Below, one piece after another: positions 38,581-50,489 of a stretch of 64,000 nucleotides of DNA. A program made the translations under genes and the position numbers. Position 1 is the first letter of the stretch. Every line of letters starts with the position of its first letter. The stretch is from assembly GCF_006345805.1 (NCBI RefSeq), contig NC_042999.1:102548001-102612000 (forward strand), read 5' to 3'. The notes below the pieces were generated by a model. The model saw only the letters and a list, made by a program, of their open reading frames with translations. It ran no database searches and had not been told where the DNA came from. This DNA is from Octopus sinensis. Taxonomy: Eukaryota.

Positions 38581-39956
38581 ATATATATATATTTGTGTGT
38601 GAGTTAGAGGTTGAAATACCAACTAAGGGATAGTACCTATCCAATATACTGCTGGTAGTGTACCCAGTTATTCATAGCCAAGTGTTAGTTATTGCATGGC
38701 AATCTCGCAATTGAGTATTATATATGGGCAGAAATAATCAAGTGGTTTACCCTTGATTTATATGGCACAATAAGAAAACGGAGAGGATATAAAACCGACA
38801 GACATCAGCCGGTAAACATTCCAGTATGTCTATTTATTCAAATGTATTGGATGAATACACACATGTATGAATGGTAGAGATTAGCAAGTGGAAAAAGCAA
38901 CTGCATAAGCAAGGGTGTGAATACATATAAGCATACAGAAACAAATGAGCTATTGAGCAAATGAGCTAATTGGCAAAAAAAACTAAATTGGTCTGCAGGT
39001 ACTAGTTCCTTATGGGCGTTTCTGCCAGGAGGCAACAAAATCTTTCAGATTATCTCCATCTCTTCAGTGTCATGCAGGGATGAGCAGACAAGGCTTGGAT
39101 AGTGGATGTGCCTCTAGGCTTCTTCAGAGGGTCTAAGTGGTTGGGGAGGCTAACACATATAAAAGTCAGTTAAGAATAGTTATGGTGTGTTTTATCCTTT
39201 TAAATAGAGTTAGAATAAGAGTAAGAGCAAACACGGGAATACAAATGAAGTACAGCATAGTACAATGATGTGGACATAGCAAGGGGAAATAAGGTACAGA
39301 CTTTCCATGATATAGTATAAGACCCATGTTATTTCATCCAGTGGTGGGTCGGTGAATATAGCCATTCTCAGGAGGAATTTTTTCAGGAGGGATAATTTTA
39401 GGCAGTAGCTCAAATTGTATTTCCATAGAACATTAGTGGTGGGTTTGATGTTATGGTCTGTGTACAGGGGTGAAAGTTTATATGTAAAGTGCCAGTTAGT
39501 AGGTGTAGCGTTGCTGAGGGTATGGTATAAGCAACTTATAATGAACCCATCTTATGAGATTTGGTACATTATAATATGTTTATGGTATATGTTTAAACAG
39601 TGAGTATTATAGTAAGATATGAGCTGGATTGGGAATTTTTAGGCTGATGAAAGACAAAAGAAGAATTCATAAACAGGGACAAAAATGGACCAGAATGGAC
39701 AAGGGTTAATGGTTTACATGGCTGTTGGATATCTAGGTGTTGTACTTACCTGTAGTTATTCAATGCTAAAATGTATACTAGTAAGATATAGAATATTAAA
39801 TATTAAATATTCAAGGGGTGGCAATGTGTTAGTGTTAATTATGTGTTTTTTTTTTTTAAATGGATGTTAAATGAAAGTGTTGACATGACTATATATACAT
39901 CGGGTGAAAGAGTACTGCAGGTTTCACCACCACCCGCTGCTGGAGCCTCATGGAGC

Positions 39957-40973
39957 TTTAGGTCTTTCGCTCAATAAACACTCACATTGCTCAGTCTGGG
40001 AATCAAAACCACAATCATATGACTGTGAGTCTGCTGCCCTAACCTCTGGGCCATTGCATCTCCAATATATTGACCACAAATTCACCAATATCTATAAATA
40101 AACAAGTGGGTGGAAAATATTTCCTTGTCTGTTCCATTTAGAATAATTGAATCATGATTTTAAAGCTATAGTAAATTGGATTTCTGTTGTAAGAAAAGAT
40201 GTGTAGAAGATGGAAGGCAAAGATGCATATCTTTAAAGAAGAGGGGGTTACTTGAAATCTTCTGCGTAATTTTGTTTTGGATAAAATTGTAAAGATTGAA
40301 ATATCCATCCATTACCGTTTCTTTGTTATCATTACCTTTGTTGTTGACTTTGGTTCTGATGCTTCCACTATCACTGTCTTCCTCCACCACCACCACCACC
40401 ACCACAACAACAACAACAGTGCAAACAGTGGCAATGATGATGACGATGATGATGATGATCACCAATAAACACCCATCCACCACTGCTACTTGTTCAAATT
40501 TTTTTCATTACTGTGAAGAATTAAGACTATATGAAAGATTTGACATTTTCTTCAAATGATTTTTCTGTATAGAAAGGTTTTTTTCCTTCTTTTTGTGTTA
40601 TTTTAAACTCTGGTTGAGAAAATCTTCATTTGACAACTGAGATGTAACAGAATAGCTTCAATGTTGCTCAAATCCTTTCTGTAACCAAATAAGAATCAGT
40701 ATTCTCCAAAACTAACTGGTTCTAAATAATTTCCACATAAAAAGCCCCCTGGCTGGTGCCATGGAAAAGGCACTTGTGTCAGTGCCATGTAAAAAGCACC
40801 TAGTACCCCCTGTAAAGTGGTCGGCATTAGGAAGGGTAGCCAGCCATAAAAACCATATCAAAGTGAACAATTGGAACCCAGGCAGCTCTCTGGCTGAGCA
40901 GTTCCTGTCTGACCATCTAATCCATGCCGGCATGGAAAACAGACATTAAATCATGATGACAATGATGATGATG

Positions 40974-41045
<72 letters not shown>

Positions 41046-41388
41046 GGAGTAAACACATAAAAGTGAAACAAGGTGGAAAAAAGTGTACTCAAATACCAGT
41101 GGTAGAGTAATATGCTTTATTTAAAGCAGCAGAAAATTCTACACATCTTTTCTTACAACAGAAATCCAATTTACTATAGCTTTAAAATCATGATTCAATT
41201 ATTCTAAATGGAATAGACGAGGAAATATTTTCCACCCACTTGTTTATTTATTGATATTGGTGAATTTGTGGTCAATATATTGGAGATGCAATGGCCCAGA
41301 GGTTAGGGCAGCAGACTCGCAGTCATAGGATCATGATTTTGATTCCCAGACCGAGCAATGTGAGTGTTTATTGAGCGAAACACCTAAA
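39957..41388. repeat. 252-bp inverted duplication (arms 39957-40208 and 41137-41388)
   Basis: Manual alignment of the reverse complement shows about 10 substitutions. It covers SINE and flanking non-repeat sequence. Confidence 0.9.
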
Positions 41389-41398
41389 TTTTGCTAGC

Positions 41399-41446
41399 AA
41401 AAACTGTCCGATGAACGGCAACAGGAAACTCAGGGTAACAGGTTTT
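41399..41446 (+). ncRNA. Type I hammerhead-like fold with a C4 core variant
   Basis: Stem I AAAAACTGT/ACAGGTTTT (8 of 9 paired); core CCGATGA 41408-14; stem II ACGGCAACAG; GAAA 41425-28; stem III A-T, C-G, T.G with loop CAG; GUA triplet at 41435-37. Confidence 0.55.
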
Positions 41447-41474
41447 GTTGAATTTTCTGCTGCTTTAAATAAAG

Positions 41475-41506
<32 letters not shown>

Positions 41507-41867
41507 TGTCCCAGCCATGCTAACATGGAAGATGAACGTTAAATGATGATGATGATATATATATATACATACATGTATACACATATATACAGTCTGATGC
41601 AAGCTAAGCAGGTTGAAACTTCAAAGTCACTGTCAACTATTCTTGTAAAAGAATAATAAATTTGTACTCTACAAAGTGTTCAGTAACTCTTCAGGTTAAT
41701 GTAAAATTGTTTTCTGTATAACTTCAAATAAAACAAGCATTTATATATATATATATTATATATATATATAATATAATATAATATAAATAATATATATGCA
41801 TATATACATACATATATGTACAAACATATATATGTATATGTATATATATATACGCATATACATACAG

Positions 41868-41900
<33 letters not shown>

Positions 41901-42443
41901 GAGGGGGTGAATGTGTTTTACCATTGTCATCATCATCAGGTTAACTTATTGAAGTAGTTTTTCTACAGTAGGGTGCTCTTCCTGTCTCCAGCTGTCTCTT
42001 ATTTAAGAGTAAGTTACTATTTCCTCCAGTCTTTAAAACAATGGACAGCTCTATAGCCAGACGCATTTTCACAGCAGATGTAAACAAAGACATCATCATA
42101 TGTACGGTGCTATTGTATTTATGCAGTGCACAAACATCAAAACAAAGAGATGACACAATGCATATGCACTCACACACATAGCTAAACACACTCATGTGCA
42201 TAGCTAAATGCACTCACATACACAGCTAACACATTCTCCCTCACATGCACACACACATACACACAACCATACAATGAGCTCCTATTGTTTGTATCTACCA
42301 ATTTCACTCACAAATCATCTGTCAGCTCAAGGCTACTGCTGAAGAAACCTGTTTTTTGGGCCATACAGTGGAATTGAACCCCAAACTATGTGATTGTGAA
42401 AAAAACTTTTTAACTACACAGATATGCTTGTATACACACATAT

Positions 42444-42476
<33 letters not shown>

Positions 42477-42502
42477 GGAAAGCAGATGTTAAATGATGAT
42501 GA

Positions 42503-42543
<41 letters not shown>

Positions 42544-42986
42544 TTATTAAGATGGCTATTTGCAATTTAGAACTGATAGGCAAGAAGTACAGTCATTACT
42601 AAAGTGATGGAGGGTGCTAGTAAGCATCAGCGTTGCTAGAAATAAGAGTCAAAACAACTCTTAGCCACATGAGAGCCTTTTTCTAACAGCTGACAAGTGA
42701 GAGAGGCTCCTTCCTTATGACAAGCAAAATGGAGTCATATATATATAACGAGCTGGCAGACATGTTAGCACGCCGGGCGGAATGCTTAGTGGTATTTTGC
42801 CTGTCTCTACTTTCTGAGTTCAAATTCCGCCGAGGTCGACTTTGCCTTTCATCCTTTCGGGGTCGATAAATAAAAGTACCAGTTTCACACTGGGGTCAAT
42901 GTAATATATATATTGTGTTTTTTTTGTCTGTTTGTTCATGTCTTATAGAACTTTTGCTGATTTCTTTAATTTTTGGTCTCTTCTAG

Positions 42987-43128
42987 GTAGGTGTTGCTAT
43001 AGGATTTCTTGTACCTCCTGTGATAATAACAGAAAGTGGTGTTGTAGAAGAAATAGGGCAAGACCTGTCACATATGTTCTATGGAACTGCTGGAGTTACA
43101 ACTGCTCTCTTTCTTTTGTGTTTAGTTG
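42987..43128 (+). CDS. FLVCR1/2: FLVCR-like exon (142 nt)
   Basis: ttctag|GTAGGT...GTTG|gtaagt. Encodes VGVAIGFLVPPVIITESGVVEEIGQDLSHMFYGTAGVTTALFLLCLV, continuing GNQ in frame as in vertebrate FLVCR (GNQ|LGTAVGFLLPP). Confidence 0.93.
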
Positions 43129-43289
43129 GTAAGTACAGTGTAAAAGCTTAATTTGTTTTTGTATTTGGCTTGCAAGATTCTTCATGTAAAACTGTATCTT
43201 GAAAGAGATGTTGTATCTTGAGAAGATCATTATGCCAATATTAAGCACATACACACACATTGGTTCTATTTCACTTTGCTATTTCTATT

Positions 43290-43635
43290 TGTCAATTGGT
43301 TAATCATTTGACCAATTAACTCACTGACTGCTTGATTCATCGTTTTGTCAGTCAGTCAGTTAGCCATCTAGGTTTGTCAGAGTCCTTTTTGCTATTTGCA
43401 ACATCATTGAGGGCATTCCCTCTCTACTCCATGTTTGTCTGTCTCAGTTTACAAGTTCTGTATTTATATTTATATGGATGTGTGTAAGAATGTGTAAAAA
43501 TACAAATATAGAACCTGTAAATTAGAACACAGGCAGATTTGGAGTAGAGAGAGCATATCTTTAATAAGGCAATGGAAGGACTAAAAAATGTAGATAATTG
43601 ATTAGTTGACCAAATGATTAATCAGACACGAGTTA
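43290..43635. repeat. Degenerate long inverted repeat (old fold-back element)
   Basis: tctctactcca/tggagtagaga, tttacaagttctgtatttatattt/aaatacaaatatagaacctgtaaa, agtcctt/aaggact, ttaatcatttgacc/ttgaccaaatgattaa. Confidence 0.7.
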
Positions 43636-44439
43636 ATTGATTAATTCACTAACAACAACAGCAGCAACAACAACAATGACAACAACAACAACAACAAAAG
43701 AAGTGAAATAAAACCAGGACATGTGTTTATTTTTTTAGCATAATGACCCTCCAGAGATACAACAAGAATTGAAGGCTTGTTTTACAACTTTTTTCACATT
43801 GTGTAAATCATATTGTTCTTGTGAGATATTCTATGCAGTTTTTATTATTTTTGTTTTTTGTGTTATTGGTTGTGAAAACTAATATCCTGTCTCGTGTTGT
43901 TCTTCAGTGTTTGTCTGACTCACTTCATTGGTGTCCAGCACGCATTCTCTCTAATTTTGGAGAATTAAAATTTCTCACAGTCTCTACAAATATTAAGTTT
44001 CACAATCTCTGATCTTTCCTGGCATTTCCCATTCATAAGATATCACAAAAGCTACGTCTGAAAGACTAGCCCTTCTCTTGAAACACAGGAAATACTTAAT
44101 TTCTAAGAGTTTATTGATTATTTTTAAAGTTCAAGTAAAGCTCATACAGGTGTTCCTCCATCTAGTGTTGTTGTGTTGCATAAAGAAAAAAAAATTAACA
44201 AAGCCTCACTTACCAACATACTACGATCACCTGCCAGGGTTGGATGTAGTTCTAGTAACTTAAACAGTTGCTTGAAATGTCGCAGACAGTGGGGTGCCAT
44301 ATATCTGGAATCTTTTAGTTATGAAGGGGAATAGAAAACATTAACAAAAAAAAAATGAAATGAAAATAACATATGTAAAGTCCTTGAGTGGAGTCAAGCT
44401 CCATTGAAAATGTTGAGTAGGTTAGCATGGTAGTGGAGG

Positions 44440-44471
<32 letters not shown>

Positions 44472-44949
44472 CCAGGTCAGGCATAAGGAGATTCATAAAG
44501 TTTTCATCAAGAATCTATGGATTAGAAGAGAACGTATCACTTATGTGTGACTTTTCAAGTGAGTTGACTGTCTGTGATTTGAGGTTGTAACTTCAAATGT
44601 TATCATATGGGATGGATCTGGTTCATTCTCAATAGCAAAATGAGCCCCACTTAATTTTGCTCATATTGCTTTCAATTTTGGTGTATCGATGCAACTCTGA
44701 TTTTTGATCACGATCAACCAGTTACTTTATCTCATAAATGAAAGAATCTGGTGTTATTTGGCATTAAAGTTGGAAAATTTGGGTAATTTTTGCCAATCAA
44801 CAGTGTAGCATTTGCAGCTTGTTACCATGACAACCATATACTGTGGTTGTGCTTCCTTGTTGTCTGTGCTGCTGTTATCTATGTTGATTTTTCACATTTA
44901 ATTCTTTACACCATGAGATTCCCCACACACGCACACACGTGTTTTGTTT

Positions 44950-45105
44950 TTATTTTTCTGTGTGTTAGTATATTACATATTTTTCTGTGCTTCTGTGTGT
45001 TAGTATCTTCCTGTGCTTTTTTCTGTATGCTAGTATTTATCTGTGCTTCTATGTATTAGTATTTTTCTGTGCTTTTTATGTGTATTAGTAGTTTTACATA
45101 TTTTT
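44950..45105 (+). repeat. Degenerate minisatellite of ~25 bp, about 5 units
   Basis: Recurrent tttctgtgcttctrtgtrttagtat units. Confidence 0.65.
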
Positions 45106-45422
45106 TATTTCATATATTTTTGGAACTCATTAACTCAGCTGGATTTATGAGTTCACTAGGTTAATTCTGTTCATAAAAATTTAAATTAGGAGTAGCTTCA
45201 CATTTCAACAGCTTAACTGAAATTTAGCCCATACAACAGGAACTGAGAGGGATATCGTGGAACAGAGAAATTGTGGGTGATACAGATAATTTGACATTAT
45301 TTTTGAATTCTGCATGCAAAAACATATGAGATACAGGTATTCTTTTCCTTGGGACAAATTCTTTGTTGACCAGTGTTATTCTTATCATAGTTTACAAATC
45401 CAGCTTTGGAGACAGACGCCCC

Positions 45423-45460
<38 letters not shown>

Positions 45461-47171
45461 ACAAATGCATAAATGTACATATATACTTATATATGAATAC
45501 ATACATCCACATACACTTATATATTAATGATGTACACAAATACATGACAGGCATACATAATATTGAAATATGCATAAAGTAAACACATGAAAACAAATAT
45601 ATTAATGTAATAAATTTAAAAACAGATAATAAAACCATACAATCAATTAAGAGACGAAAGAAACAGTAAGATGATACATGTTGATTTTATTAGGTATTTC
45701 TGTTTATTTAGAAACCTACAATGAACAGGTCAGATGCTAAACTCTAAATTTCACAGGGTACAACCTTAAAGTTGATACCACTCTGCTAAACGCAGATAAT
45801 TTCTGTCTCGCTATTGGCTAAAAATACAGTTTTTTCGATTTTTAAACCTCTGTAACTTTTTTCTCCAATTATTTTCTCCACAACATCATACCTTCAAAAT
45901 AATGAGACTGGAAGGCTACATTATTAGAGCTGATTTTCAGATTTTTTACTGTCGTTTAAAAAAATGCATATTTTACAAATGAAAAAAATTAGATCCTATG
46001 GGACATTTGGTTTGAAGATCAAAGACAATTAAAACATGGCACATTTGATCCTGAAGCATGAGATCAAAAGATTTGAACTGATAAACCATTACCAGAAAAC
46101 CCCAAAAGATTGAGTGAGGATTGTGATACTATCAAACAAGATATAATTACTTCAGCCATGAAGGTTATTGTTATTTCCACTTTGATCTTTTTTGCTTCTT
46201 GCAGTTGTGGATCATCTATCAGGACTCAGGGTGAGGAGCTGCATACAATGTTTGCAGTTTGTCATCCTTGTATAAATTTAAAAATAAACCGATATACTGT
46301 ATTTAATGGTATAAAAAATACACAGGCATATTAGATGCACCTTAATTTCAACAGTGCATATTCAAGATAAAAGTATTTAGTGCATTAAAGCATATAGGAC
46401 ATACATTGTGGCCCACTCAGAATACATGCTTCTATTTTGAGAATCAATTCCATAGACTTTGGTTATGAGCCTAGTATCCTTACCGACTAGGCCAGAAGTT
46501 TTCCCACAAAGTGTAATTTCAGTTAAAAAGGTTTAAAGATGAATAAACAAACATTATATTAGAAACATGGTACAAGTAAATCCATTAACTCAGTTTTCAG
46601 CCATATGACTACTACTAATTGTTTTTAATAGAGGCACAAAATCAGAAATTTGGGGGAGGAAGTTTGTTGATTGGTACTTTAATTTATTGACCTCAGAGGG
46701 ATGAAAAACAGATTTGAACTTGGTAAGATTTGAACTCAGTATATAAAGACCCAGAGGAAATATTGGTTTCAAATTTTGGAACAAGGCTGGCAATTTTAGG
46801 GAAGGTGTTAAGTTGATTATATCAATCCTAGGACTCAAATGGTACTTATTTTATTGACCCTGAAGTGATAAAAGCAAAGTTGACCTCGGCAGAATTTGAA
46901 CTTAGAATGTAAAGACAAACAATATACCACTAAGCATTTTGTCCGGTGTGCTAATGACTCTGCCAGCTTACTACCTTATTCAGAACAAATATTGTAAGTT
47001 ATTTTGTCTGATTTTTAATGATTCTTCCAATCTGCTACCCTCATATTTCTAATAATAATAAAAATAAGAAAACTGCTTCATAATTGTCATAGTTCAGTGG
47101 TTCATTGATTTGAATTAAGTATTCTAAATTATTTCTTTTTTCTTAATTCCTTTCAACTCATTATATTCCAG

Positions 47172-47312
47172 GCTTCCAGAAACAACCTCCAGAACCACCA
47201 AGTCGAGCTCAGATGTTAGCTCTTCAAGCGGGCTTGGGTACCGACAACTATTTGGTCACTCTCTTTCGGCTTTTAAAGAACTGGAGTTATACATTGCTGA
47301 TGGTAACATATG
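47172..47312 (+). CDS. FLVCR1/2: FLVCR-like exon (141 nt)
   Basis: ttccag|GCTTC...TATG|gtaagt. Encodes (G)FQKQPPEPPSRAQMLALQAGLGTDNYLVTLFRLLKNWSYTLLMVTY(G), the PPS.AQ central loop. Phase matches the flanking exons. Confidence 0.93.
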
Positions 47313-48881
47313 GTAAGTAAACCCACGGTGATTTAGACATGAAGAAAATATAATTTGGATATAACATTTGACCTAAACACACAGAATGTAGAGCACTGTC
47401 AAATTTCTTCTTTATACATATATTTTTTCTTGGTGTGGCTTGGCCAGGTGGAAGAGGTTATGCCCATACTCTGTACAAGCACTCTCAGACCAACATCTTT
47501 TCCATTCCAGTTCATGCTGGTACAGAATATCTATCAATTGATTACCAATTTCTACATGAGTTATACATAGAATAGCGATACATCACAAAATGTCCTATAT
47601 TATTCTGATATAGAAGGATTAGTATAATAAGATACAGGATGGCCTTGTAATAAGAAGTTTGCTTCCTAACCACATGACTATTGCCTCAGTCTCTCTGATT
47701 GCCACCTTGGGCAAGCGTCTTCTCCTATAGCCTCGGCTGACCAAAGCATTGTGAGTAGATTTGGCTGACGGAAACTGAAAGAAGTGCATGTGTGTGTGAG
47801 TGTCCTTGTCTTGACATTGTATGAAATTTGTGAATGGGTGTCACTGTCGTACAAGCAGTGTCATTCATTTCCGATTTACTGCAAGAACATTTCTGGTCAA
47901 GGGAAGTATATCTAGCTCTCCTTGGAAACAGGTGAAGGTTGGCAACAGGAAGGGCATCCAGCCAGAGAAAATCTGCCTCAATAAACTCTGTCTGATCCTT
48001 GCAAGAATAGAAAAGTAAATGTTAAAATGAAATAAGGAATATTATGGCATTCTCACATGAATCTGACATAGACAGGCAAAGCACTTTATCAATTCTGCAT
48101 GATCCTGTAAAAATTGTAAAACACTGGTGAGGACAAGTATAAGAACTCAGGTCAGTCATATCACTTTGAAGTAGTTCTATAAATGGTTTGAACCAACTTG
48201 GAGACTTAATGGATGAGGATTGTAAACTGATCTTATTTCTAGATCTTCTGTGATTCCATACTTAAAATTGGCATCAAGTTATTATTGCTAGCTTTAAATG
48301 AGAAGACTTATAAGCAAAAGTGTTCCAGCTTTGACCATCTTGTTTTCTTGATTGTGTATTGAGAACTACATTATTAAATGTATGTCTTTCTCTTTTTAAG
48401 TGGAGTGTGATTTGAGGGTGATTTGACTTCTATTTTTAGCTGGCCAAAGGATCACATAGAAATCCCTTCTAACAGTTAAGCCAGCTTGCATCACATTTTT
48501 CTCATTTTTTTATATTCATCATCATCATCGTTTAACGTCCATGCTAGCATGGGTTGGATGATTTTGACTGAGGGCTGGCAAACCAGATGGCTGCACCAGG
48601 TTCCAGTCTTGATTTGGCAGAGTTTCTACAGCTGGATGCCCTTCCTAACGCTAACCACTCCGAGAGTGTAGTGGGTGCTTTTTACGTGCCACCGGCACGG
48701 GGGCCACCCAGGTGGTACTGGCAACGACCTCGCTCGAATCCTTTTATTCATGCCACCAGCACAGGTGCCAGTAAGGCGACTTTGGTAACGATCACGCTCG
48801 AATGGTGCCCTTTTACGTGCCACTGGCATGGAAGCCAGTTGGCTCCTCTGGCAACGATCACGCTCGGATGGTGCAGTCTAT

Positions 48882-48925
<44 letters not shown>

Positions 48926-49027
48926 GTGCTATTTAGCCCCAGGTCATTCCTGATCAAACCAATCTATGGATCTTTTCCTTTTGAACGGCAGTTTTCAACA
49001 CAGTTTCTAGTTAACTAAGACTCTTAA

Positions 49028-49358
49028 CCCTTTAGCATTTAAACCGGTCATATCTGGCCAAAATATTCAGTCCTGTTTTATCTTCAAACTGACCAGATAC
49101 AGCCCCTTACACTTTTCCTACAATATTATCCTGAAAATAAACAATCATGTCATTGAAATCTCAAAGTTATAAGGTAATGCATGACTAATTCAAATCAATG
49201 CGAATAAATAAGCATTACAATTGCTAGATCAGACTGGGCCTGGTGCAGCCTTCTGGCCTCCCAGACCCCTGTTGAACCGTCCAACCCATGCTAGCATGGA
49301 AAGCGGACGCTAAATGATGATGATGATGAATTGACAGACAAATCTGAATGCTAGAGGG
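49028..49358. mobile_element. piggyBac-type MITE (second family) with a nested truncated RTE 3'UTR
   Basis: TTAA|CCCTTTAGCATT...AATGCTAGAGGG|TTAA. The nested insert 49224-49328 has a (GAT)n tail and an aattg direct repeat (49219-23, 49329-33). Confidence 0.85.
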
Positions 49359-49643
49359 TTAAGGATTTGTTTAGACCAAAGATGCTCCCAGTTTCTGGAA
49401 GGTGGCCAAAATGAATGCAATTAGGAGTCAGAGGATGTCCTGACTCTATTTATGAGGCAGTAGCTTTTCACTCCTCTTTGAGTGGATCGTCCTTATTTGT
49501 CAGATTTCTTTTACTAAATTTTTAACCTGTTTATATATATATTGTACTATGACCCACCCAGCACCTTCCTTGTTATATGAATGTACATTGTTACATTTTA
49601 TTATTATTGAGATGTTGTTGTTTTGGTTACCTCTTCTATGCAG

Positions 49644-49711
49644 GAATGAACACTGGATCATACTATGCTATCTCAACGTTACTAAACACAGTTGTGTTGA
49701 AATACTTCCCA
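49644..49711 (+). CDS. FLVCR1/2: FLVCR-like exon (68 nt)
   Basis: atgcag|GAATG...CCCA|gtaagt. Encodes (G)MNTGSYYAISTLLNTVVLKYFP; phase 1 to phase 0. Confidence 0.92.
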
Positions 49712-49879
49712 GTAAGTATGTTTCCTCTATTGATTTGTCTTTTATGTCCATATTGGTGTAGGATGAGTGATTAAGAAATTCACTTCATAACTATGTAGTT
49801 CTGGGTTTGATCAAATCACATTATGACTCCAATTCTTTATAAATGGGAATTAGTAAGAAGAAACTGTGTGGTATATATA

Positions 49880-50465
49880 TCAGGCTGAGTAAAAAGTAAG
49901 CAACATTTTGAAACATGAAATTCATCACAATATATTTTAACAATGTGGAAATTTTATTCATCAAAGTAAGTACCATTACAGTCAACACATTTTTGCCAAT
50001 GAGTTACAAATTTGTTTATTCAGTAACATAAAAATCTGGAGTTCTGGAGTTGATGAACTCTTTGAACACGCTTTCAACATTGGTTTGATTTGAACTCCTT
50101 CTCTTGCAGGAAACCATCAAGGTGCTTGAAATTGTTGTAGTCGGTAGCAGAAAGGTCTGGGGAATAAACTGGGTGGGGAAGAACTTCATAGCCAAGTTTC
50201 CTCAACTTCTGGAGCATTATTAGTGAAATTTGTGGTTGAACATTGTCATGAACAATGATTGGCCCTCTTCTGTTGACCAGTCTTGGACAGTGGAATAGCA
50301 GTTTTTCGTTCATTTTGGCAATTTCATGGCAATATGTTTCTGCAGTAATGACTTTTCTGGGTTTTAAGAAGTTATAGTGGATGAGTCCAGCAGTGCACCA
50401 CCAAACAGTCACCATATCCTTCTTTTTGAAGAGCTTGGATTTAGGGAAGGTTTTTGGTGCCTTAC
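49880..50465 (-). mobile_element. Mariner transposase 3' fragment with terminal repeat
   Basis: ORF 50074..50415: MVTVWWCTAGLIHYNFL...IVHDNV...LGYEVLPHPVYSPDLSATDY (mariner HDNA and YSPDL motifs). The end TA-tcaggctgagtaaaaagtaagcaacatttt is at ~49880. Confidence 0.9.
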
Positions 50466-50489
50466 AGTGCTAATAATAATGATTTCTGA

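Noticed and set aside
39040-39680. Possible decayed Penelope RT relic (also 16930-17210)
   Set aside because: Only vague motif resemblance across many stops; not supportable without an alignment.
42750-42830. SINE heads with A/B boxes as tRNA genes
   Set aside because: No complete cloverleaf or acceptor stem; they continue into SINE bodies present in many copies.
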